A stretch of DNA of 64,000 nucleotides from a virus. Location of the stretch: the UHGV virus genome UHGV-0128973; one strand, given 5' to 3'. The position numbers and the translations under genes are program-made. This document shows positions 43,107 through 55,987 of the stretch, piece after piece. Below the pieces are notes generated by a model. The model did no database searches. It was not told the DNA's origin and worked only from the letters and a program-made list of their open reading frames with translations. Position 1 is the first letter of the stretch. Each line of letters starts with the position of its first letter.

Positions 43107-43543
43107 GTTTTCTCTCCAGCCTGTGCTAAGGCTTCAACTTCCAAATCGTAAGACTCAAACTCATAGTCCTGGTCGTCAACCTCTTCAGGCACTGGCAGTA
43201 AATGCCAGGCTGAGTATATCTGACCATTATCAAAACGCTCCTGGCTGTAGAGCGTCGCAGCTATGAGCGTCAGCGCCGGGCGGTCATAACGGTAAATTTT
43301 GCGAACGTCACGGTCAACGAGACGACCGAAATTACCATAACCGCGCTCCAGTAATAATTTTTTAATTTCCGGCCAGTATGGACCATAGCTGCGGTACAGG
43401 CGGGGATTTTTCAGTAATCGCCCGCGTAGCCCTGACAGGAAGAAATCAACGTATTCGTCTTCTGTCTTTCCTAACAACGCCGTACGCAGTACCGCCTCAA
43501 GATATGTTTTATTCGGTTTTATTGTATCAGATAGTGTGGCCAT
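43103..43543 (-). CDS. ulx: Ulx-like protein
   Basis: 146-aa ORF between lxc and darB, overlapping lxc start. Confidence 0.6.
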   Translation of the reverse strand: MATLSDTIKPNKTYLEAVLRTALLGKTEDEYVDFFLSGLRGRLLKNPRLYRSYGPYWPEIKKLLLERGYGNFGRLVDRDVRKIYRYDRPALTLIAATLYSQERFDNGQIYSAWHLLPVPEEVDDQDYEFESYDLEVEALAQAGEKT

Positions 43544-43576
43544 ATTATGCGACGCCCGGCGAACCGGGCGCTCCTG

Positions 43577-46500
43577 TTATGCGTATTGTTGGATGACGGC
43601 CAGAACGTCCGCCACGTTGTGTTTTGTCTCGATAATCCACCAGTTACCCGGGAAATCGCTGTTCTTCGCCTTCGCTGGCAGCCAGCGAGCGCCGAATTTC
43701 GCCTTGATTGCGTCTTTCGCACGGAAAAGAACGCCTTTCATGCCTGAGGCTTCCTGAAGCCCAAATACCTCGCCAGCGGCGAATTTTGGTGCGTACATCA
43801 TCTTCAGGTCGGCGGTGGATACGCGATAATTCAGACCAAGAGACTGAGCTATGCTGGTGGCATCACCCTGTATTGATGATAACTCTTCTTGTTTCTCGTT
43901 TCTGGCGGCAATCTCTTCCTCCGTGATGTTGCCAAGGGCCAGGTTTATCCGATCAGCGTCGGCCTGTTTCTCTTCATCGGTGCGCCCGGCAAGAACCGTG
44001 TTAATTCTCTGCAATATCTCCACATGATTCTTGCGCATGCTGAGCAATTCCGGCGTAACCTCGTTAAGATCCACCAGCCCAAGGATGGCAAGGTCGGAAA
44101 ACATTGATACCAGGTTGTAGGTCATGCGATAGCTGAGTTGACCATAGGCTGATGGCAACTTCACCGCATCCATTTGATAGGCATCCATAAATTTAGAGCC
44201 GTCGTTTACGACATCCGCTATTGCAGGTGTGATTTTCCCTGTGGTGGCGGCCTCCCTGATTGCTGTTACCCACGATTGAGTCAGCGCGGCGACTGCATGA
44301 TTCAGATTGGCTTCCCGTTCTGCTGCGATGCGCGCGCTTGCTGCGTCCATTGCCTGCTTGATCTCGGCTTTATTGCTGTAAATGCCAATGGTGCCAAACT
44401 GTGCTGTGGTGATCTCATAATCTGACGCCCGGAACTCATGGGTACCGAAAATAGCATTGGTGACCTCAAGTTCAGAATCCCCGTTACGAGTAGCCCCCAG
44501 GCTTGTTTTCTCCGGCATTTTGGCGATCGAATCCGCTATTTTCTCCTGAAGTGCTTCAGGGGATAGCGTATCTCCGTATGACGCGATTACATCGCCATAA
44601 TTGGAGCCAAACAGTTCAGTCAGGAATACTTCTGCCAAACGGACCTGGCGGTTATTCCCTTCAGACATCATACCATGCACCCATTTTGCAATTGACGACT
44701 TCAGCGCGCCGTCACGGCGATCCGGGTAAACCGCATGCTTCAGTGGGTCCGTATAGGTACCAACAAAATCAATGCTATACCCTGACTCTGTAGTCTGAAC
44801 GCCGTATGAGTCAGTGATTTTGATCATGCCGCGCTGCTGGAAACGGTAGAAATCGTCACAGGAAATGATGTCGTTAATCCCGGCGATGGAGACGCCACCA
44901 CTGATTTTCTGCATAACAGCATCTTCATCGGGAGTTACATCAACCTGTTTATCCAGCGTCTTCACATCCCAGTTACCCGATTTGGTACCTTTGAAGGTAA
45001 AGATAATCTCCACGTCTGCGCGCTGGCTGTCGAAGTCCAGCGACTTAATGCGAACGATATCACCGGCACAATCGTAGTATTGGCCTACACGCCATGAGCG
45101 ATCGCCGATAACAAGGAACTCACTCGCATGGTTAACCAGGTCAGGATCAACATCCAGAATGCCTTTATTTATTGCATCCTCCACCAGCGGGCGCAGGCGT
45201 TTGATATCCGTCGCGGCCTTCTGGGTACGGTTCAATAATTTCTCATAGCGGGAGATGGCTTGAGAGATATTAGCCTTCTGTTGAATAGCATTTTTTAACG
45301 AAGCGCGATATCGAGCTAACAACATACGGTCAGCGTTATGGACACTCCCCCAACGTGCCTTCCAGTCTGCGTTATCAGCTGCTTTGGCCATTGCTGCTTG
45401 TTTGAATTTGTCGACGTCGGCGGTGATCTTTTCAAGTTCCGCTTTGCTTCGCTCCAATTCAGCGGTAAGAGCTTCTACATCTTCACCAGATGCGTGCTGC
45501 GCCTTGATGTAGTTCTGAAGGTCGATAGTAGCCTGTTCTTTCTGGCGAGCGCGTTGCGCGGCTTTCGCCTTATCCATTTGAACCTGCATCATTGCCAGAC
45601 GTTCGCCATCATCCTTAGCGGTATACATCTGCATTTCGATCATATCGTTGGCGTCGGCGTTCTCCATTTCTGACTTATCTGAACGGAGGATATCGGAGAT
45701 CCAGCCTGCTTTACGCTTCAGCGTCTTCAGTCGGTATTCATCGAAAGAACCCTTGCCGCAGTAGTAGTGAACGCGAACGCTTGCACGGTTGGAACCAACT
45801 CGGGCACCGCGACCGTTACGCTGTGCGATACTGGCTGGTGTCCATGGCAACGTCAGATGATGGATGTCAGTCGTTCCTCGATGCAGGTTGATACCCACCT
45901 CTGCCTTTTTGTTGCAGATGATGATCGGAGTCCGGCCCTCCTGGAAGTCGGCAGCAATCTTTTCCAGCCCGCCCAGCGACATTTCATTTTGCTGCGCGAT
46001 ATAGGCGTCATACAGAGCCATTTGCTCGTTGTATTTCGCTATCTGTGCATCTGTTGGTTCATCCGGTAGCTCTTTCGGCGGTTTAACCGCTTTCAGTTTC
46101 TTACCGGTTTTACCTGCCTCGGCAACCGTCTGAGCATTCAGGATCCCCACCTTTGAAGGTTCAAGGTTAAGAGCATTGCAGATAATGCGCTTGAGCTTCT
46201 GGTGCTGCGTTTTTTCATCGGTGAAGATGATTTGCTTACCTTCCGGGAAAAACTCCTTCAGCGTGGCGATCAGCTTCGCGTATTTTGGTGTAACGGGGTG
46301 AGTTACGGTCTGTTCGTCAATGCCAAACCTGGCCAGGCGCTTATTCACTTCCTGCTCGAACGCTTCCGGAACCTGCAACTGAATAAACTCGCCCTTATCT
46401 ATCAGGGAGTATTGCGATTGCTGCGTGATTGAATCATCACTGTCGTCGTCTTCGCTGGTGGCTTGTTTAGGCAAACTGTCCGCCAGCTGCTGCACCGCAT

Positions 46501-49500
46501 CGGCGTACTCCGGCAGGAAACGATAGGTGATCCGGCGATAGTACAGGTCCATGTCAGTACATACGCGGTCCATATCCCTGATTATTGAGAAGATCGGACG
46601 GGCTTTCTCGTGCTCAATCACGCCGTCTTCATTGACCGAGGTCGTTACGCCATTGTTGGCTTTGGCTGCCGCTTCCGCCTGCTGACGCAATTCTTCATAC
46701 GCCGCCAGTTGTTCTTCAGTAAGTGGCGCATCCTGCTGGTGTTCGTCCAGCTCCGGGATCTCCACGGTATCCTTAACGTCTTCCGCTGTTTTAAGCGTTG
46801 TCCAGCGATGGAATATGCCGCGCAGCGCATCAAGGTTTTCAAAGCCCACCAGCGCCATTTTTTCTTCAACTTCACCGCTGATTTTCTGTACCGTTTCCAG
46901 CCTGGTCTTGCCGAAGAATTTAACGAAGTCATCAGGACCGTAGATCCCCATCTTCTGCCAGTATTCCTTCGGCAGAACATGAGAAAGCATGTTGTATGCA
47001 TCGATCGGGGTGTTAACGACTGGCGTTGCAGTCAGGAGAACCGGTCCGCGCCCGCCATTCTTTTTCATCAGGTACGCGTTTTTGATTGCCATATCCCGCG
47101 CCGATTGCGCCACCGCGCTGGTGGGCAGATAGGCCAGTTGTGACGCTTCGCGACCATTTTTATAGCTATTGCGGTAGTTGTGGCCTTCGTCGGCGATCAC
47201 GCTGTCGAAGCCCATATCCTCAAAGTACGGATACTTCTCTGCTTTTTCGGTACCGGTATCTGAATACTCCGACAATACCCGGCGACGCGCCGCCTCTTTG
47301 CGATGGGAATCGGAGTCCATTGCGCTGGCCACACGCCCGGCAGCAACGAAGTCATAAAGCATGTCTTGTGCATGCTCATCTACGGTGTCATCACGTAGCG
47401 GAATGCGGGCGTATTGTTCTTTGGTAAACACGACTGCACGGTAGTTTGAGTGCGGGATCGCGTTCATCCGCGCCGTGATAGTGGCTTCATCTGCCAGCTT
47501 AAGAGCATCGCGCATAACTGGAGTGCCATCAGCACCAAGAACAGGTTTACCGTTCTCATCGAGCACCGGCACCTGGCGAATCTGATCGCCATCCATCAGC
47601 ACATCAAGACCGACGAACAGGTAGTTACTGAATGCCTCTTCACTCAGGAATTCTTTTGCTTCGTAATACCAGTTTTCCAGCACTGATTTAGGCACTACAT
47701 ACGCAGTACGGGTGGAGCGACCGTTCTCATAGTTGAACGCCTCAAGTGCCAGCGCGGTCGTGGTTTTACCCAGCCCGGTGCCGAAGCCCAGGATGCCGCG
47801 CCCATCTTCGGACAGTCGGCGCACCTCGCTATTCTGGTAATCAAATGGCTGACGCTTACCGCTTAATCCCTTCAACCCAAGCGGATCACCAGAGTGTTCA
47901 TACGGAATATTGCTATTGAAAACATCGTTGTATTTGGCAACCAGCTCATCGTAGCGATCGTGCGTCTTGATCCACTTATTGAACTGGTCCTCAAGCAGTG
48001 CCATCTGCTCGCGGTAGCCGTTCGCCGTCGCGCTATCTTTGCCACCGATACGCGCACCATTGAGATACTTTTCCAGCTGTGCCGGGAACCCGGTCGCGTT
48101 TTCACCTGATTTACGGTCCCACTCGTAGCGGATCTCGCCTGTTTCTTTATCCTTGCGCTGGACGACACCGTATCGGTGCCCGACGAACAGGCCATCACCA
48201 CCGTGATAGGTGTCAGAAACCATTTCGTCGCCTTCCAGCTGCACTGACTGCACATAGCGCAGATCCGGATAGCCGTTTTCCTGCAAAAACTCCAGAATGA
48301 CGGAACGGTCGAACCAACGGCTATTGAGCTTAAAGCGGATATTCTCTGCTGGCGTCTTGATGCGCTTCTCTTCGATCGCTGCCAGCTGATTAAGGACGTT
48401 GTTCTTTACTGGACCGTCGGGGAGCGTGGCGAGGAATTCCTGTTTTGGAGCCACTATCTCGTTAATGTCGCCGCTGGTGGCGCGGGCGAACGGAACAATC
48501 CCGCCATACGGTGAAACCGCAATACCAGGGGTGCTGGCCAATAAATTAAGCAACTCTTCATCACTGGCTGGCAGTTCGCCGGTAAACGCAAGGCGGAAAT
48601 CATCGAGCTGGATTGGATCGCGGGTAAGATCGCTATAGAGATAACGCAGGGTGTCCTGATAGCTGGTGGAGTCATAACTGGCGCTGGAATCATGCGTAAC
48701 CAGCTTTCCTGCCAGCTCGTCAGAAATAGTGCCATCCAGCTTAATTGCACCACGGAAAGCAAACCAGGAGCGCGCACCGCTTCCCGATAATTTAGCTATC
48801 GGACCGCGACCGGGGTTACCAAAACGGTCAATCTCTGCCTGCAAACGGGACACCAGAGAAAGGCGCTGTTGTTCGATTTGTTCAGCACTATGCCCGGCGG
48901 CCTTCATGTCCTGATATTCAATTAACATCCGGCCAATCATCGCCCCGCGATACAAGCGTTCACGGTATTTTTCAGGCTGGCTGTTAATCCAGTCCACCAG
49001 CTGCACCATATCGTCGCTGATTGATGTGGTGTACTTATCGCGGACATTTGCCATCTGGGTAAATGTCATGCCGAGACGGCCTTCTGTTGTAGTCAGGTTA
49101 CGCTGAAGAGCCTCCCAGCTATCCGCGCCATAACTGGCAGCATCGATCTTAAGTTCCTTCCCGGCATCAGCTTCAATCCAGCGACCACCAGCATATTTTT
49201 GCCATACGCCATTAATCAGGCGCATTTCCCCTTCACCAACAACGTCTGCGGTCGGTGACGGTTCAGCCATATCGAGCAAAGACCAGTCGATACGGCTTTC
49301 GAAACGATGAATCAGCTTCGCTTTAAGAGCCTGGTTATCAATCTGACCGTCGGCACGAACCTCAATACGCCCCTGGAAGCCCTTTTCCTGGGTGCCATGA
49401 ACAAACCGGCGGCCATCCTTTTCAAACCACTTGCCAGAAATAAACGTTGGCCAAAGCACATTTGCCGATTCAAGAGTGCTTTCATCCACCAGGGGGATTT

Positions 49501-50344
49501 TCTCAGCCATCTCTGCCGGATGTTTGCGCATCAGCACCACATCTACGACCGTACTGGTCCCGTTTGCGTCAAAAGTACCGGTAGGCAGGCGGTGGGCACC
49601 AAGAAATTCAGCTTTCCGTGATAGGCGCAGGCGTAACCGCTTCATGTTTGAACCTGAAACAATGGACGGCGGCACAATCACGCACATGAATCCGCCTGGC
49701 TTTATTTTGTCCAGCATGCGGAGCATGAAGTAAGAACCCATGTCCGTTTCTTCTGCGTAAGGCTTATCGATGTTGCGTGTGTTATCACGACCGCCGAACG
49801 GAACGTTACCCACAACATGGTCGAATGAATCGTTAGGCGTGCTTACAGCCAGCTGTTCGAACGGGGAAATCTGTACGCTGTCTTCCGGGTGTAACAACTG
49901 GTTTATACGACCGGAAACACTGCTGATCTCAGTCGCGGTCATCACCGTACCAACCGGTTTTGTCTCATTAAAAACGCCGGTTCCCGCCGATGGTTCCAGA
50001 GTGTTACCTACGTCCGCGCCGTAGAGCTTCATGATCTCCCAGACACCTTCAGCGATCGGCTTTGGTGTGTAATATTCGGAGACGGACCCGCCAATGCCGC
50101 CTTCACCGGTGTACCCAGCCAGGATCTGGCGCTGTTCATCTGTCAGTGTCGCGCCGTCCACCAGCGAATTAAGCAAATCTATCGCCTTCTGATTCGCCTC
50201 CCGGCGCAGTCGGTCATAGCTTTTGCCTTCCACCTTTTCCACGCCATATTTAATCGGCGCTCGGTGAGATATTATTGCCCTAATGTATTTCAATATTTCG
50301 CTGACACTTGAACAGCGAAACACCCCCATAGATAGCTTGTTCAT
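43577..50344 (-). CDS. darB: DarB antirestriction protein (giant methyltransferase/helicase)
   Basis: 2255-aa ORF; N-terminal N6-MTase-like region (NVPFGG), central SF2 helicase motifs (GTGLGKT, DEGH). Confidence 0.9.
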   Translation of the reverse strand: MNKLSMGVFRCSSVSEILKYIRAIISHRAPIKYGVEKVEGKSYDRLRREANQKAIDLLNSLVDGATLTDEQRQILAGYTGEGGIGGSVSEYYTPKPIAEGVWEIMKLYGADVGNTLEPSAGTGVFNETKPVGTVMTATEISSVSGRINQLLHPEDSVQISPFEQLAVSTPNDSFDHVVGNVPFGGRDNTRNIDKPYAEETDMGSYFMLRMLDKIKPGGFMCVIVPPSIVSGSNMKRLRLRLSRKAEFLGAHRLPTGTFDANGTSTVVDVVLMRKHPAEMAEKIPLVDESTLESANVLWPTFISGKWFEKDGRRFVHGTQEKGFQGRIEVRADGQIDNQALKAKLIHRFESRIDWSLLDMAEPSPTADVVGEGEMRLINGVWQKYAGGRWIEADAGKELKIDAASYGADSWEALQRNLTTTEGRLGMTFTQMANVRDKYTTSISDDMVQLVDWINSQPEKYRERLYRGAMIGRMLIEYQDMKAAGHSAEQIEQQRLSLVSRLQAEIDRFGNPGRGPIAKLSGSGARSWFAFRGAIKLDGTISDELAGKLVTHDSSASYDSTSYQDTLRYLYSDLTRDPIQLDDFRLAFTGELPASDEELLNLLASTPGIAVSPYGGIVPFARATSGDINEIVAPKQEFLATLPDGPVKNNVLNQLAAIEEKRIKTPAENIRFKLNSRWFDRSVILEFLQENGYPDLRYVQSVQLEGDEMVSDTYHGGDGLFVGHRYGVVQRKDKETGEIRYEWDRKSGENATGFPAQLEKYLNGARIGGKDSATANGYREQMALLEDQFNKWIKTHDRYDELVAKYNDVFNSNIPYEHSGDPLGLKGLSGKRQPFDYQNSEVRRLSEDGRGILGFGTGLGKTTTALALEAFNYENGRSTRTAYVVPKSVLENWYYEAKEFLSEEAFSNYLFVGLDVLMDGDQIRQVPVLDENGKPVLGADGTPVMRDALKLADEATITARMNAIPHSNYRAVVFTKEQYARIPLRDDTVDEHAQDMLYDFVAAGRVASAMDSDSHRKEAARRRVLSEYSDTGTEKAEKYPYFEDMGFDSVIADEGHNYRNSYKNGREASQLAYLPTSAVAQSARDMAIKNAYLMKKNGGRGPVLLTATPVVNTPIDAYNMLSHVLPKEYWQKMGIYGPDDFVKFFGKTRLETVQKISGEVEEKMALVGFENLDALRGIFHRWTTLKTAEDVKDTVEIPELDEHQQDAPLTEEQLAAYEELRQQAEAAAKANNGVTTSVNEDGVIEHEKARPIFSIIRDMDRVCTDMDLYYRRITYRFLPEYADAVQQLADSLPKQATSEDDDSDDSITQQSQYSLIDKGEFIQLQVPEAFEQEVNKRLARFGIDEQTVTHPVTPKYAKLIATLKEFFPEGKQIIFTDEKTQHQKLKRIICNALNLEPSKVGILNAQTVAEAGKTGKKLKAVKPPKELPDEPTDAQIAKYNEQMALYDAYIAQQNEMSLGGLEKIAADFQEGRTPIIICNKKAEVGINLHRGTTDIHHLTLPWTPASIAQRNGRGARVGSNRASVRVHYYCGKGSFDEYRLKTLKRKAGWISDILRSDKSEMENADANDMIEMQMYTAKDDGERLAMMQVQMDKAKAAQRARQKEQATIDLQNYIKAQHASGEDVEALTAELERSKAELEKITADVDKFKQAAMAKAADNADWKARWGSVHNADRMLLARYRASLKNAIQQKANISQAISRYEKLLNRTQKAATDIKRLRPLVEDAINKGILDVDPDLVNHASEFLVIGDRSWRVGQYYDCAGDIVRIKSLDFDSQRADVEIIFTFKGTKSGNWDVKTLDKQVDVTPDEDAVMQKISGGVSIAGINDIISCDDFYRFQQRGMIKITDSYGVQTTESGYSIDFVGTYTDPLKHAVYPDRRDGALKSSIAKWVHGMMSEGNNRQVRLAEVFLTELFGSNYGDVIASYGDTLSPEALQEKIADSIAKMPEKTSLGATRNGDSELEVTNAIFGTHEFRASDYEITTAQFGTIGIYSNKAEIKQAMDAASARIAAEREANLNHAVAALTQSWVTAIREAATTGKITPAIADVVNDGSKFMDAYQMDAVKLPSAYGQLSYRMTYNLVSMFSDLAILGLVDLNEVTPELLSMRKNHVEILQRINTVLAGRTDEEKQADADRINLALGNITEEEIAARNEKQEELSSIQGDATSIAQSLGLNYRVSTADLKMMYAPKFAAGEVFGLQEASGMKGVLFRAKDAIKAKFGARWLPAKAKNSDFPGNWWIIETKHNVADVLAVIQQYA

Positions 50345-50410
50345 TGGTAATCCTTAACAAGTGACTAGTGTTAAATTCCGTTCAAACACGATGTGAATTA
50401 TTCTAATTAA

Positions 50411-53141
<2,731 letters not shown>

Positions 53142-53185
53142 CCACCAAAAATAACCCCGGCGGATGCCGGGGTTCTCGTTAACTA

Positions 53186-53440
53186 TTATCGCCTTCGCCT
53201 GCGTGCCATATATTTGCGCACCGCGCGGCGTGGACAATCTGAAGCGGTTTCTTTCTGCTGCATCAATCTTGCAGCCATGCTCAAAAATGTCAGGCACAGC
53301 CGAAGCCCGGCATACAATAGCGGTTCCAGTGGCCACGTCTCATTGAGCACATATACCGCCATGAAAATCGAGTCGAAAACTATCGCCGCCAGCGATAACT
53401 TCATTGTCGAAAGTCGGCGGAGCTGCCGGAGTTTATTCAT
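53186..53440 (-). CDS. Small membrane protein downstream of lyz (lysis-associated)
   Basis: 84 aa with hydrophobic helix and Arg-rich C-terminus; overlaps lyz stop. Confidence 0.45.
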   Translation of the reverse strand: MNKLRQLRRLSTMKLSLAAIVFDSIFMAVYVLNETWPLEPLLYAGLRLCLTFLSMAARLMQQKETASDCPRRAVRKYMARRRRR

Positions 53441-53990
53441 TGACCAGTCCCGTCAGGCAAAGCTGGCGTTCTTTTTCACGGCGAATCTTTAAACCTCGCA
53501 GGGGCACGCCGTTACTGTTCACGAAATCAGGGAGATGGTTACACATATTCACCCATTCCCCTTTCTGCGCCCACTTGTGGATGGACGTTTCTACTCGCAT
53601 GCCTCGCGCTTTGCTGTAGTAGGTCCGTAAGCTATTGCATCCCATATTGAATGCCGCGCTTGTCATTGCACTGAAGGCATTATCGGGCATGTCTTTGCCC
53701 CGGAAGTGCTGATTAATACAGCGTTCAGCGATCAGGATATTCTTTTCCCAATCAGTGGCGATTTGCTGGTCTGTTTTTCGCACACCCGGCGTTACCCCGT
53801 GTGTATTACCGATCCCGTCAGTCCATACCCCTGCCGGGCACATGTATGGATCACGTCGGCAACCTTCAGCGTTACCAATCAGCTCAAGCCCCGCCTGGTT
53901 GGTTCGCACATTGCCATTACCCATCACGATGGTAATCATCACCGCGATAGCGCAAATTGCACCGCCTCCTGCGGCTGTTTTTCCCTTCAT
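53433..53990 (-). CDS. lyz: SAR endolysin (T4-lysozyme family)
   Basis: 185 aa from MKGKTAAGGGAICAIAVMITIVMG (SAR domain) then ELIGNAEGCRRDPY catalytic region. Confidence 0.9.
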   Translation of the reverse strand: MKGKTAAGGGAICAIAVMITIVMGNGNVRTNQAGLELIGNAEGCRRDPYMCPAGVWTDGIGNTHGVTPGVRKTDQQIATDWEKNILIAERCINQHFRGKDMPDNAFSAMTSAAFNMGCNSLRTYYSKARGMRVETSIHKWAQKGEWVNMCNHLPDFVNSNGVPLRGLKIRREKERQLCLTGLVNE

Positions 53991-54123
53991 AAAGACCTCA
54001 TAAGCGAATTTTTTACGCTCCAGGACAAACACCCATTCACAGCCAATACCGACTGACTCGATCCCTTTAGAAGACACAGGATAATGCAAATCACTTGTTA
54101 GCTACGTTTCAAAGATATACATT

Positions 54124-54140
54124 ATTGCTCTAATTAATTT
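54124..54140 (+). promoter_or_regulatory. C1 operator-like site (ATTGCTCTAATTAATTT) upstream of ssb
   Basis: Operator core match 20 bp before ssb start. Confidence 0.6.
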
Positions 54141-54159
54141 ATTTTATTAGGTAAGATAA

Positions 54160-54648
54160 GTGGCACAACGCGGTGTAAACAAAGTCATCCTGATTGGTAC
54201 CCTGGGGCAAGACCCGGAGATCAGGTATATACCAAATGGCGGCGCGGTCGGAAGACTCAGCATCGCAACGAATGAATCATGGCGCGACAAGCAAACGGGC
54301 CAACAGAAAGAGCAAACAGAATGGCATAAAGTCGTTTTGTTCGGAAAACTTGCTGAAATTGCGAGTGAATATTTACGAAAAGGTTCTCAGGTCTACATCG
54401 AAGGGAAACTTAAAACCCGTAAGTGGACAGATGACGCCGGTGTAGAACGTTACACGACGGAAATTATCGTCAGCCAGGGCGGCACCATGCAAATGATCGG
54501 CGCTCGCCGTGACGATTCACAGTCCTCAAATGGCTGGGGGCAATCAAACCAACCTCAAAACCACCAGCAATACAGTGGTGGCGGTAAACCTCAGAGCAAC
54601 GCCAATAACGAACCTCCAATGGACTTTGACGACGATATTCCGTTTTGA
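54160..54648 (+). CDS. ssb: Single-stranded DNA-binding protein
   Basis: OB-fold SSB signature; Gly/Gln-rich tail ending DFDDDIPF. Confidence 0.95.
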   Translation: MAQRGVNKVILIGTLGQDPEIRYIPNGGAVGRLSIATNESWRDKQTGQQKEQTEWHKVVLFGKLAEIASEYLRKGSQVYIEGKLKTRKWTDDAGVERYTTEIIVSQGGTMQMIGARRDDSQSSNGWGQSNQPQNHQQYSGGGKPQSNANNEPPMDFDDDIPF

Positions 54649-54845
54649 ATGTGTAAAAAACGACTGAAAGAAAAGCGGTGGTCCAGACGCCGACAAAAGC
54701 ACGAACTCGCTCAAAAACGCCAAAGTTGGCAATGGCACGCGCTTTTAACGAATAGAACACCCCGAGATATTGCTTTCGCTGGTGGGAAAACATTCCTAAC
54801 CAACCTGAAGGCGCAATACATCAGTTTTTAAGCAGAGAAAAGACT

Positions 54846-55640
54846 ATGACAGCACAAAATACTAAAACCATTCAATACCGCCTACGTAATGGCCAGAGTG
54901 TCGAAGTGACCATCAATAATGATGGAGTGCCAGGCGAAAAGGTTTCTATCTCTGATCTGGCTATCGAAAAAACCATCATGTGCCACCTTGGCTTTACTGA
55001 AGAAGTGAGCAAAAAGCATGGTGTAGCTATCTGGCGAACAATGGATACTGGCATGCGCAGATTCATTACCGCTCGTACCCCAGGTATGACCATGATGGAC
55101 CTCATGCAGATTGCACCGCTGTTTGAGTGTGAACCTTTGGATGTATTCAGCAATCCAGCTATCTGCCAGCAGTTATATGGTGAGATGAAACTCGCTGTTA
55201 CCCCCATTGTGCTGCATGAAGGATCGCTTGCTGGCGTATGGAAAGTAGAGCGAATTTCAAGCTACATGCCCTTCCACATCCATGTCAACGGCGTAATCGC
55301 AGGTGAAAATCAACCTGTTTCAGTTACAAAGTCAGACCTCAAGCGCGCAATTCTTGAAGCAAGTTGTCGAGTTATCGGCCTGGGCAAACAGTCTTATGTT
55401 TCCTTCCCGGCTGGCCCTGAAGGCCCGGCAGAAATTCTGATTATGGATGCCGATCTGCTCTGGCAAATACAGTTTCTGATTGGCAAAAGCATCATCCGCG
55501 CTGAAGAACTCGATCAGTACATTACCTGCACGATGACGGATGAAGTCAAAAGTGTGGCTATAGCCAATGCCCGGAACCTATGTCGTGCTGCATTAACAGA
55601 ACTGCAAGAAAACACCACGGAAGAAGTGGAAAGCGATTAA
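54846..55640 (+). CDS. Hypothetical protein (264 aa)
   Basis: ORF with RBS; occupies the interval where P1 carries IS1-flanking genes. Confidence 0.5.
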   Translation: MTAQNTKTIQYRLRNGQSVEVTINNDGVPGEKVSISDLAIEKTIMCHLGFTEEVSKKHGVAIWRTMDTGMRRFITARTPGMTMMDLMQIAPLFECEPLDVFSNPAICQQLYGEMKLAVTPIVLHEGSLAGVWKVERISSYMPFHIHVNGVIAGENQPVSVTKSDLKRAILEASCRVIGLGKQSYVSFPAGPEGPAEILIMDADLLWQIQFLIGKSIIRAEELDQYITCTMTDEVKSVAIANARNLCRAALTELQENTTEEVESD

Positions 55641-55669
55641 AAAAAATCCCGCCGATTGGCGGGATTTCT

Positions 55670-55987
55670 TCAATATACGATCTGGTCTACATGATCCCCA
55701 AAATCATCGTCGTCATCGTCGTCGTCCTCATCGCCACCATCTACTGCTGGCCAATCAACAAACCAGCCAGCGTAAAGATGCAGCGTTCGGAGAACATCAC
55801 TTGCGGGGGCATCAAGGGTGTTAACGAATCCCATATAGCTATTGGGATTTGCTCCAGCTACGGCTTCAGCGATCATGTCCTCGGTAATGTCACCGGAGAT
55901 AATGCTTAAACGCCCGGAAACTTCTTCATTATCATCAAATTCGATAATGGCATCTCCGCCTAATGGCGCTGCGATTTTAATCTGCAT
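55670..55987 (-). CDS. Hypothetical acidic protein (105 aa), last gene of darA operon
   Basis: ORF with DEDDDDDDDD tract, co-directional with ddrB. Confidence 0.5.
   Translation of the reverse strand: MQIKIAAPLGGDAIIEFDDNEEVSGRLSIISGDITEDMIAEAVAGANPNSYMGFVNTLDAPASDVLRTLHLYAGWFVDWPAVDGGDEDDDDDDDDFGDHVDQIVY

Noticed and set aside
43708-50024. Numerous plus-strand ORFs of 60-177 aa inside the darB coding region (e.g. 46610-47143, 47086-47427, 49431-49733)
   Set aside because: They are antisense to a continuous 2255-aa ORF with clear methyltransferase and helicase motifs, and show no RBS or coding signature; treated as frame artefacts.
54846-55640. IS1 transposase (insA/insB) expected from the P1 map
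   Set aside because: No InsA-like zinc-finger N-terminus or InsB frame is present; the ORF here is an unrelated 264-aa protein.
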